Shown piece after piece: positions 41,062-51,856 of a stretch of 64,000 nucleotides of DNA. Source of the stretch: Geosiphon pyriformis uo1 (lineage: Eukaryota > Fungi > Glomeromycota); assembly GCA_016748015.1 (NCBI GenBank), contig JAAOMT010000067.1:124001-188000 (forward strand), in the 5' to 3' direction. The number at the start of each line of letters is the position of its first letter. Within the stretch, counting starts at the first letter, position 1. The translations under genes were made by a program, and so were the position numbers. The notes under the pieces were generated by a model. The model saw only the letters and a list, made by a program, of their open reading frames with translations, had not been told where the DNA came from and ran no database searches.

Positions 41062-41079
41062 ACCTCACAGGAAGCACCA
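41062..41079 (-). other. Primer-binding site of A
   Basis: tggtgcttcctgtgaggt, 2 nt after the LTR; complementary to a tRNA ending CTCACAGGAAGCACCA. Confidence 0.9.
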
Positions 41080-41081
41080 AA

Positions 41082-41834
41082 TGTTACAGGTGACAATTTC
41101 GGGTGTTAAATTAAATATGAACTCATAACTTGGTGCTCAAAGCTATTCTTGTTGTTGATGATCTGAAGGTTTAGTATCTGAAAGTTTTGTATCTGAAGAG
41201 TTTGGTTGAGTTTTTTGTATAATGGACAGAGATTATATGGTGATAGTTTTTTCCGTAGCTTTCCGAAACCACAGTTTTGTCAATTTTTTTCTCAGCTTGA
41301 TGGCCAGTATTCTTTCTAATAAGCTATCCTCAATTGAGTGTTTTACCCTTATTTCTGGGTCTTTTACCAGTTACATTTATTCTGACGTCAGTGCCCCGCA
41401 CGTTAATCCTTAATAGAGTTAGTAAACAACAATAAAATCAAAGCAAGAAAATAAAAAAAATAAAATAAAATAAAGAAAGAAAAGAAATAAGCCAAGATGA
41501 TTTGCAAGTTAGTATTTCATCAATAGCCATGATCAAGAGTTATTGTTCCAGTATGGTTAAGTATCAATTATTATCAACATAAAGTATTGATAGTGGAAAT
41601 GAGTTTGAGATAACAAATAATTATTTATTGAATGATTGTAATTTGGAGAGTTGCTTAGATTAAATCTAAAACTAAGAGGTCTGTCTTTTCAGTTTCTAAT
41701 CCTGCTGCTATATATACATAATTGAGATTCCTCAATTTCTCGATTTTTCATGACAGGAATCCTGAAATTCCTGGAATCCTGTGATTCTTTTGAGAGGAAT
41801 CCTGGAATTCTGGAATTCTGTAATTCCTTATCAG
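41082..41834 (-). repeat. 5' LTR of A, part 1 (split by B)
   Basis: Aligns to 31783-32535. Confidence 0.96.
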
Positions 41835-42820
41835 TGTTACCAGAGGTTTTTGGTCTTTTCTTAGCTCTTGTATGTTTGTTGTAATGCTGTTAATTCACGA
41901 TTATGGAAAGTGTTTGAACCTCCGATAACTGAATTTATCTTCAAATTATCTTCTATAATTTGAACTGCTGGGCTTATAAATAGAATGGCCAATTCTGTGC
42001 CAGTTACTTTGTATAGTTACATTGTAGTAAACGTCAACTCTTTCCCAGAAATTGTTCATCTGAAAGCTCACTAAAAATATGTAGTTACTTTGCTGTGAAA
42101 GTCAACTCTTTTACAGAAATTCTTGTCTGTAGGATACTCAAATGATTTATAATAAGAACAGAAAGAAAATAAAGGAAATGTAAAAAAAAAAGTAAAACTG
42201 ATAATTTATAGGAGCTGTTTCGGATCCAGGCCTGGAAGTGCTTTAACAGTCTACTGAAATTGGTAGCTAATCAATTTCAAACTGTTAGTAGAAATTGGTT
42301 AATTTCAAGGGAAATAATTTAAGAATTTGGCTTTTCGAATTTATTTGATATTTATTTTGTTTTTGTGTGTAAAGAATGATTCTAATTATTAAATCTGAAG
42401 TAAGATACATTTTCTTGAAGAGAAAAGCTCTTCTTTTATACAACTTGTCATAACACTATTTTATGAACTTGAACTTTGCTCTTTTCTACAATTTTGCTGA
42501 ACTAAAGATATATTTTGGCAAACTACAAGTTATTTCTGCGAACTATTAGATATTTCAGTGAACTATCAATTATTTCGGCAAATTTCTACAAATTTCGGCA
42601 AACTTTTGAATGTTACATATTTCAGGGTATTGCATGATTGATCATTACACTTAGGTTACATTTGTGTTATGTACAAATTGGGTTATTAATTAAATGATAA
42701 TTTCGGACATTTTGCCAATGTAATAAGTGATAATTTGAAATAATAATATATGCTAATTAATGATAAAATTTATAAGGGTAATTTTATGCTAAATAATATT
42801 TCTAATTTTGTCTGGTAACA
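41835..42820 (-). repeat. 3' LTR of B
   Basis: tgttaccaga...tctggtaaca; direct repeat of 50739-51723. ~21-bp ttcggcgaact-like array at 42460-42610 and TATAAAA at 42434-42440 (minus strand). Confidence 0.97.
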
Positions 42821-43508
42821 TAACCTCCTCCTCAAAACTGAGCTCCATCGAAGTCCAAGTACTGTCTGTAATTTCCAGATAATAATCCAAAATTATTGAA
42901 GAAATTTGGTCTGAAAATTGTTGAAATTTCAGTTCTGTGAGCTTTCCAATGTATTGAATCTTCAAAGGCTGTAAAATTGGGTTTTGTAGGACGTTTTCAC
43001 AGGTATGAAATAGGTTATAAAGTCTAAGAGCAGCTCTTAGTTTATAATGACTGTTTGTAGGTCCAGCTGTTGTCTTGAATTCATTGTAGAGTTGTTTCCG
43101 AATAGCTTTTTTTGTGAGGTTTGCTGCTGTAAGCTCCTGTTTTTGTTCATGAAGTGTTTTTCCAATGTAGAAATATCTATATATTGGAGTATAGTTGTAG
43201 TTTTTTTCATTAAGACACAGTTGAAGTTTTTGTTGAATAGTAGCATTCAGTGGAATACTAATAGGAATGAGTATTAAGTTTTCTCTTAAAGCAAGCTTTA
43301 GAAGTTTTGGCAGGTGAATTCCAGAATAACTTCTTGTGTTCTTCTTATACAGGTGATATTTTTGTGCATTTGGGGCTAAATTTGTAACTACTTCTGTTTG
43401 GGTATAATTAATGTGGTTTCCAGTAACAGTAATAGATAATTTGGGTATTGTTTTTAAAGCTAACATTAGTTTTTGGAATAATTATTGAATGTTTTGAGAA
43501 ATAGACAT
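42789..43508 (-). pseudogene. Accessory ORF3 of B (unknown function)
   Basis: 225-aa open frame 42789-43466 plus an in-frame upstream ATG at 43508 (MSISQNIQ*LFQKL). Motifs YRYFYIGK, AALRLYNLF, YIGKLTELKFQQF. Reads through the PPT into the LTR. Confidence 0.82.
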
Positions 43509-43630
43509 TATAAAAGATTTGAAAATAAAAGAAAATTATTTTTGGTGTATGGGTTTTTATGTTATTTTTGTTTTGTTTTTGTGAAATTGTTTCTAAATTA
43601 TAATGATATAACTATAATGATAAATTTAAA

Positions 43631-45016
43631 TTAAGTGTTTAAGTTGGGAGGTTGTTCAATGACAACTATTGGTTCTAATTTTTGGAGAATATTTTTGGAA
43701 TTGATTAAAGAAAAATGTGTACCAATTTGTGAAATTAATGGTTCAAGATTGTTTCTGGAATTATAGTGTTTCAAACAATCTCTATGTGCAACTTTTGCTA
43801 GAATTTTGTCATCAAGTCTTAGCTTGTATGATCCATTGCCTAGGACTTCATGGATAAAGAATAGTCTATCCCATTTATTTTCAAATTTTCCACTCCATTG
43901 TTTTTCAGCTTTAGTTCTATGTAAGAGAACTTTGTTTTCAATTTTAAATCCATTGGTAACTGGAGGCAATTTGTCATCATGCCATTCTTTTTGTTGAGCT
44001 TGGAAGTGTTTAATATGGGTGGCTGCTATTCATTATTTTCTTTCCAATGTGCTAAGCAGAGTGTAGGCTCTTTGTTGTAGTGTTTCCTGGAAATTGTTTT
44101 TATCAATTGGTTGTATTGGGTATGTTTCCATGATGAAACTAATTGGTAATGTTGCTGTCCTTCCATAAGTTAAATCAAATGGTATGTGTTTTGTGGTATT
44201 TTGTTTTAGTGTTCTATATGCCAGTAATACTGATAAAATAAAGAGATCCCATTCTTGCTTAAAATTGGTTGAGACTTTGGCTAATGATTCACACAATGTT
44301 CTGTTGAAACGTTCTACAAGTCTATTTGTTTATGGATGGTAGGGTGAAGATAATAGTCTCTTGACATTAAATTGTCCACAAATTTTCTAGATTAAATTGT
44401 TCACAAAATGTGTTCCTTAATCAGATAAAAGTTCTATTGGGCATCCATGTCTACAAATGATGTCTTCATAGATGAAGTTTGTTACTGATTTTGCATCTGT
44501 TCATTGAATGGCTCTGGCTTCAGGCCATTTGGTGAGATAGTACACAGCTATTGCAATATAAAGGTTTCCTTGGTTTGTGATGGGGAGTGGTCCGACTAAA
44601 TTGATATCAACTCGGTCAAACAGCTGTTCAACTTTGATTGGGTTTAAAAGTTCTATAGAGTGAGTTTCTTCTCTTCTTTGACAACTATTACAAGACTTAA
44701 CATATTCATGAATGTCTTTTCTCATTTGAGGCCAAAAATAATATGCTAGTGTTCTCTGGGTGGTGCTGTCTTTTCCTAGGTGTGCTGATGAAAGGTCTGA
44801 ATGCATGTTATATAAAATGGTTTCTTTTTCATGTTCTTGTATTAATCTGAGTGGATTTTTTAGGTTTCTGAAGTTTCAATAATAAATAATGTTGTTGTGT
44901 AAGAAATATTGTTTGGCTTGTTGTTGTAACCAATGTTTTTCATTTGGGAACCAATCTGTTGGGATTGTTAATGTCTCCAGATATTGTTTAAAATTGTTGT
45001 AGTTTTCGGGGTTCAT
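43631..45016 (-). pseudogene. Integrase of B (own ATG)
   Basis: Starts MNPENYNNFKQYL at 45016. ORFs 44501-44806 (H-H...CNSC), 44033-44296 and 43631-43969 (WSGKFENKW...LGNGSYKL). Confidence 0.92.
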
Positions 45017-45062
45017 TGTTTGTTGTTTTGTTGTTAATTCAAATGGGTGTTGTTTTTATGTT

Positions 45063-48000
45063 CTAATCTTGCCTTATTCTTGAGAAACAATCAACATTGG
45101 TGTGGAGTTTTCCTGGTTTGTGATGTACAATGAATTGGTAGTTGGCTAAAAATCTTGTCCATCAGGTTTGTTTGACATTCAGCTGAGTGTTTTTGTTTTG
45201 AAGCCATTTGAATCCAATATTATCAGTAATAATATCGAATTCTTTGGGTTAGAGGTAAAGGTTGAAGTGATGTAGGGCCCAGATTACTGCTGCAGTTTTT
45301 AATTCTGTTGCAGGGTAGTTTTTTTCAGCTGGCTTCAATGTTTTGCTAGCATAAGCAATTACTCACTCATTTCCATTGTTATCTAATTGTGATAGGATGG
45401 CACCAAAGACAGTATAAGAGACATCTGTTGTTAACCAGAATCGGTTGCTGAAATCTGGGTAAGCAAGAATTGGAGCTGTGGTTAGTTTTTCTTTAAGGAT
45501 TTCAAATGTATTTTGGTGTTCAGCAGTCCATTTGTATTTGACATTTTTGGTGATAAGCTGGTTGAGAGATTTTGCGATTTCTGAGAATCCTTTGATAAAC
45601 TTCTGATAGTAGGAGGCTAACCCTATGAATCCTCTTAATTCTGTAGTGTTTTGAAGAGTTTTGAAGTTTTTGACAGCACTGATTTTTCCAGGGTCTGGTT
45701 TGATTCCATTTTTACTAACAATGTGACCAAGAAAGACCAAGCTTGTTTTTCCAAAGTAGCATTTTTCGATGTTGAGTTTCAGTTCTGCTTTTTGTAATTG
45801 TTGAAATACTTCTTGCAGGTGTTTTAAGTGTAATTCAAATGATAGAGAATAAACATCAGTATCATTAAGATAAACGACTACTAACTTCCAAAGGAGTCCT
45901 TTGTACACAATATCCATTAATCTCTGAAATGTTGCTGGTGCATTGCATAATCCAAAAGGCATTACATTGAATTTGTAGTTTTCTCCTTGGGTTGTGAAGG
46001 CTGTTTTGGAATGATCTTTGGAATTCATGGCAACTTGCCAGTATCTGCTTTCTAGATCTAGTGTTGAAAAGTATTTTGATTTTCCAAGAGCATCTAACAT
46101 GTCATCAATTCGGGAAAGAAGGTAAGCATCTTCCATGGTGATGCTGTTGAGTTGTCAATAATTAACACAAAATTGTATCTTTCTATTTTTCTTCTTAACT
46201 AGGATCACAGACAAGGCCCATAGACTCATTGATGGTTGAATAAGCCCATTGTTAAGCATCCATTGTACTTCTTTTCAGATAAATTGGTGGCTTTTTGGAG
46301 CAACTCGGTAGGCTTGTTGTCACCTTGGTTTGGCATCTCCTGTATAGATTTGGTGTTAAACCAAATCAGTTCTTCCTAAGTCATTGTTGTTTTCGACAAA
46401 GATATTGGCAAATTCTGCAATTAGCTCTTTAAGCTGGTTTTGTTGTTGTGGTTCAAGTTGTCTCATGTTGATTCAAGATAGTTTTTCTATAACAACATGG
46501 TAGTTTTCAGAGCTGGTGTTTGGGTTGATTTTTGGTAGTAAATGTCCAATAATTTCAGAGAAATTGGAGATTGTTTGGGGTAATTCTTGTTGAAAGATAT
46601 TACTGTGAATAACTCCAATTTCTAAGTTATTTAATAAAACTATGAGGAAATTGTTGGGATTGTAAAAAGTAACTCGGATTTTCTTTGTTCCTTCTGGAAT
46701 ATAAATGTTTGGGATCGAGATATTATATTCCAAGCAGATTTGTTTGTTGGACTCAAAAATTTGTTGTGTGGTTGTTGGCTTTTCACAAGTGTAAATTTCA
46801 GTGTGTTTTCCAAAGAGTGAAATGGTAATTGGTTGTGGAAGTTGTAAAATCTAGTAAGATTCTTTCTGTTTATTGAGAGCTATGTTTACTAAAACTGTGA
46901 ATTGTCCAGTTGAACCAAAACCTTGGGTTCTTCTTTCACTTTTTCCCAATAGTTCTCTTTAATTGACTAATTGTAAACCCAAAATGTTGATTAAAAGTAA
47001 ATAAATGGCTTGAGCAATTTTCTCAGCATGTTTAATCTTAAATGGCTTGTCAGTTTCATTTTGGAGTATTATTGTTATGTCACCAGTATATCCAGCATCG
47101 ATTATTCCTCTTTTGACATTGATTTTTTTGCTTGCCAGAGAGGACCAGGAGGCAATTTGAACCATTGCTCCTGGTGGGATTTCAAGAGCAATTTTGAGGT
47201 TGATTTTTGTGAGAGATTTGGGTTTGAGAATGAGAGTATCCTTGTCTGGATATCTTAGGTCATATCCAGCATTAATTTTATGTGCTTTTTCAGGTTTTAT
47301 TCCTTGTTCGTTGTTGTTGAAGTATTTGAGTTGTAAGGCAGACTGGTTTTTGATGAAATAGATGAGTGTTGTTTCAATTTTTTCTGTTGCTTCAGGTTTT
47401 CCAAATTCAATTTTGTTCTCATTGTTTTTACTGGGCAGAAGAATGCTAAGAGCATAGCATTTAGAACACCACTGTTAATCACAAGGCATAATGCATTTTT
47501 CACATAGCCTAATGTTCATTTGCTTTAATCATTGAATTTGAGCTTTTTGGGTTGGATAGGTGTGACTTGCAATTTGGTGGTAAACTTCTACTTCATCTTC
47601 ATAATTAAATCTAGCTAATTCCATAGTGTATTCAATGTATTCTGCTTCCTTCATTTGACAGACATCTTCTTTGGTAGCTCTATTAATTAATGCCATTGCT
47701 AGATTAAAAATCATCTTAGCATCATGGGGGTAGTGATAAAGTTTGTTGAGAGCACTGTTGTATGCTGCATTAAAGGGTGTTTCTCTTTTTACTTTTTCTG
47801 AAATTGATAAAGCATATTGGTAGGTCTGATTGCAGACTCTTCCTCTCATTGTTACATCAATCCAATTGCATTCTTCTGGTAGCATATCTCCACAAGTCAA
47901 ACAAGGAGTGTTATCCTATTTTCTGCTTCTTTTTATTAGATGGCCCCATTGTTCTCTGTGGCAAGTCTTGCAGTAATAACAAGTATGATTTTCATATTCT

Positions 48001-50694
48001 TCTTCAGGTGAAATGCAGGCTTCCATTGAGAAGAGTTTCTTTGGCAGTCCTTGCATTTGAGTGGAATGTAGGGGCATTGTTTTTGTGGTTTTGGTTTTGA
48101 ATAGGGGACATTCCATCCAGTTGTCACTGGTTCTTTTGTTTCAAGAGAATCATTTGTTGAAAAGTACTGTTGTTTAGTTTCATCGGCCCAATTGGAGGTT
48201 GATCCAAGTGCCATAAATGTTTCAATGATGGGCTTTTCTTCTTCTGGTTTGAATTCAAAAGCCAGGGCTTTTTTGGAGCATTTGTTGAATGTACCACAAA
48301 TGACAGGTACCTAGGCATGTTGTCCTTGGTAGGAGATTGTTAACTCTTGTGTCTTCCAATTCAAATTAGCATTGGCTTTTTGAAGCCAATTATTTCCGAC
48401 AAGAGCTTGGTACTGGGGCACATCCATTACAAGAACTTTGACTGGAATGGTGATTCCATTAAGAGTGAATAGAAAATTGTCAATTTCTTTTACTGGAGTC
48501 TTTTTCATGCTATCGGCAGTAATAATTACTGTTTGAGCTTGTCGGTCAACATTTCTCTTTAACTGTTGCATTAACTGGTAGGTGATGATACTTCCGGCAG
48601 ATCCACTGTTTAGGATTAAGTGAATTGCTTTTTCTTCGACTTTTGCTTTAGTGTATATAGCAGTGATTGCTTTTTGTTTATTGGTGGCCACATTGCTAAG
48701 CAGGAATGGTGACTTATTTGCTTCAAACTCAAAAGAAAATATGTCTGAAAGGTTGGCATTTTTAGCAATTCTGGCTGGTGAAATTGTGGTAGGAGTATAG
48801 GAAGGGTTTTGTTGTCATGCTGCAGCTCTATCTTCCGAGAGTACAGTATGGTGAAAATCCTGTTCTTCAGGTATTGTAAGATAGCTAAGTTGAGTATGAT
48901 AATGGGTGGGTTTTGGCTAAGCTGGATTTCGGGGAACTAATTGGTTGTTTGAATTGATTCTATTGTTGTTTACTTGGTATCGATTTTGTGGTGTAAATTG
49001 ATTTTGTGGGATTAATTTTCGAGCAGGCACTTGATAATGTTGTGTGGGTGGTTGTTGGTATTGCTGTTGAATTGGCTGTAGGCAGGCTGATAATAGTTAC
49101 TTTGATATTGGGGTCTTGGTAGATAGTAAGCTGGTGATGGTGGTTGATAATAAGATTGTTGTGGTGGAGAATAACGTTGATTACTCCTATTTTGTTGGTT
49201 TCGTTATAGCTTTCTGCAATCTTTTTTCCAGTGGCCAGGAATTTCACAGTAATGGCAACTCTGAGGCTGGTTATTAGAGGGTGATGTGAAGTTGTTTTGA
49301 TTCCGTCTTTGGGGTGGTTGATATCTTTGAGGTTGCTGTTGTTGTTGGTTGGTGAAATAGTTTTCGACTTTTTTTGCAAGTTGGTCAATTTTTTCTTCAG
49401 CTGCTGAGCTGGTTTCTCCAATGATTAAGTTCATGAGTTTTGTACAATTGGCTTCTTTCATGGCCATTTTATATCTCTTTGCATGCTGAATGGCAGAGTT
49501 TAAATCTTCTGGGGCATGTGAGTGAATCTTTTTAATCAGTTTATCCTTTAAACCAGCAATAAATTGATCCAAAATTTGAGCATCGGAATAATAATTATTA
49601 GTTTCAAGTTGGCAAATTTGTCTAAGAAGTTTTTTGAATTTCCCAATATAAGTCATAACAGATTCGGAGGGTTCTTGTTTGATATTGTGAAAACAATTTC
49701 GAAGAGTGATTGAGGTGTTGTTATCAGTGAATTGTTCTAAGAAGGCAGTTTTGAAAGCTGTCCAGTCATTAAAAGAGGTGGTCAAGTTTTCAAACCATTC
49801 ACCTGCTGTTCCTTTGAGAAAGTAGAGAATTGTTCTTAACATTTTGGCAGCATTCCATCTATTTGCATCTCCAGCTTTAGTAACTTGGTTGAGCCATTTT
49901 TGAGGACTGGTCTCAATGTCTTCTCTATTGAATTTAGGGATTTTTGCAATGTATGCTGTCATTTTATCTTCTTTGTTTTCACTGTCTATTGATTCTTCTT
50001 TAGATATTTCAGAGTCGTTTTCTTTGTTCGCTGCTGTCTCATAGTGTTCACTTTGATTTTCAGCTAGAAAGTCAAGAAGATTGGAACTAGTTTGAAGGAG
50101 TTCTTGTTGTCTGGTGGGACTTCTGGGTAATGTAAAATCTTCTAGTCTTGTAAATCAATTTAAGAGTGAATTAAGTATTTGTGCTTGTGCAAGTAAAGCT
50201 GAAAAAGGTGTGATAGTAAGTGGAAGTTTTGAACTGGTTCCTTGTTCAGGTGTTTGTAAGTGTTTGGCAGTTGTTTTTGGTAGTATTGGAGTATTTGAGG
50301 TGGTTTTTGAGTATTGCTTCAATTTTTGTTTGTCTTTGTTGCTTGTTTCTGTCTCTGATTCAAAATCAATGGAGTATTGAGATTGCACTGGATATATTTC
50401 TTCACAGTACTTGATAATGTTAAAATTTAGTTCTTGAAAGTAAGTGACAAGTGTTTCACTGTTAAGGTCTTTAGTTTCTAACTGTGAATAGTGTACTAAA
50501 TTATTGTAAAGATTGCTTCTAACTTCTGAGATATTGTAATTTCTAAAAAAATAATTGTTGATATGGTTTTCAATGTATTGGTATACTGATTTCTTGACAA
50601 CTTCAATTCCGTCTGGAATGTTGAATCTTTGCTTGCAGTGGGTGTAAATTAATTGGTAATACTCTAGAGTTGTTGCGTCTGGTGTGGTTGCCAC
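45063..50694 (-). pseudogene. Gag-Pol of B (capsid, CCHC, protease, Cys-rich module, dUTPase, RT, RNase H)
   Basis: ORF 49204-49962 capsid plus CHYCEIPGHWKKDC; 48311-48691 LILNSGSAG protease; 46959-47165 dUTPase; 45363-46136 RT ([18 protein letters not shown]). Confidence 0.93.
46905..47290 (-). pseudogene. dut: dUTPase domain within pol of B
   Basis: Motifs NAGYDL, SWSSL, GIIDAGYTGDI, KIAQAI, QGFGSTG. Confidence 0.9.
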
Positions 50695-50738
50695 TTTGAA
50701 GTTGTTTTGCTGTGTTGTTTCTGTGAAAGAGCACCAAA

Positions 50739-51723
50739 TGTTACTAGAGGTTTTTGGTCTCTTCTTAGCTCTTGTATGTTTGTGTAATGCTGTTAATTCA
50801 CGATTATGAGAAGTGTTTGAACCTCCGATAACTGAATTTATTTTCAAATTATCTCCTATAATTTGAACTGCTGGGCTTATAAATGGAATGGCCAATTCTG
50901 TGCCAGTTACTTTATATAGTTACATTGTAGTAAATGTCAACTCTTTTCCAGGAATTGCTTGTCTGAAAGCTCACTAAAAATGTGTAGTTATTTTGCTGTA
51001 AAAGTCAACTCTTCTACAGGAATTCTTGTCTGTAGGATACCCAAATGATTTATAATAAGAACAGAAAAAGAATAAAGAAAATATAAAAGAAAAAGTAAAA
51101 CTGATAATTTATGAAAGTTGTTTCAGATCCAGGCCTGGAAGTGCTTTAACAGTCTACTGAAATTGGTAGCTAATCAATTTCAAACTGTTAGTAGGAATTG
51201 GTTAATTTCAAGGGAAATAATTTAAGAATTTGGCTTTTCAAATTTATTTGATATTTATTTTGTTTTTGTGTGTAAAGAATGATTCTAATTATTAAATCTG
51301 AAGTAAGATACATTTTTTCGAAGAGAAAAGCTCTTCTTTTATACAACTTGTTATAACACTATTTTATGAACTTGAACTTTGCTCTTTTCTACAATTTTGC
51401 TGAACTAAAGATATATTTCAGCGAACTACAAGTTATTTCTGCAAACTATTAGATATTTCAGTGAACTATCAATTATTTTGGCAAATTTCTACAAATTTTG
51501 GTGAACTTTTGAATGTTACATATTTCAGGGTATTGTATGATTGATCATTGCACTTAGGTTACATTTGTGTTATGTACAAATTGGGTTATTAATTAAATGA
51601 TAATTTCGGACATTTTGCCAATGTAATAAGTGATAATTTGAAACAATAATATATGTTAATTAATGATAAGATTTATAAGGGTAATTTCATGCTAAACAAT
51701 ATCTCTAATTTTGTCTGGTAACA
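50739..51723 (-). repeat. 5' LTR of B
   Basis: Direct repeat of 41835-42820; adjacent PBS tggtgctctttcacag. Confidence 0.97.
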
Positions 51724-51727
51724 TCGG

Positions 51728-51852
51728 AGAATTCTGAAATTCCTGGAATCCTGCAATTCCTAAGAGGAATCTTAGAATTCCACATTTACTATGCCTACTT
51801 CTGATTGGCTAATAATTATGCTAATATATTTTCTATATTTCTATAAATAACA
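51728..51852 (-). repeat. 5' LTR of A, part 2
   Basis: Aligns to 32536-32660 and is followed by TSD ctgg. Confidence 0.95.
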
Positions 51853-51856
51853 CTGG

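Larger units (their letters stand above)
41835..51723 (-). mobile_element. Complete Ty3/Gypsy-like LTR retrotransposon B (9.9 kb) nested in the 5' LTR of A
   Basis: LTRs 41835-42820 and 50739-51723. TSD tcag/tcgg (empty site tcgg visible at 32532-32535). PBS 50721-50736. PPT 42821-42836. Confidence 0.97.
31783..51852 (-). mobile_element. Complete Ty3/Gypsy-like LTR retrotransposon A (~10.2 kb without nested B)
   Basis: LTRs 31783-32660 and 41082-41834 + 51728-51852 (878 bp each). Perfect TSD ctgg/ctgg. PBS and PPT present. Domain order PR-RT-RH-IN. Confidence 0.97.

Noticed and set aside
41062-41079. tRNA gene fragment (ends in ACCA)
   Set aside because: It is the primer-binding site; there is no cloverleaf.
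42789-43466. Idea that ORF3 of B is preserved by selection (domesticated)
   Set aside because: The true start is probably 43508 with a premature stop, and other fragments of similar or greater length also survive in these elements.
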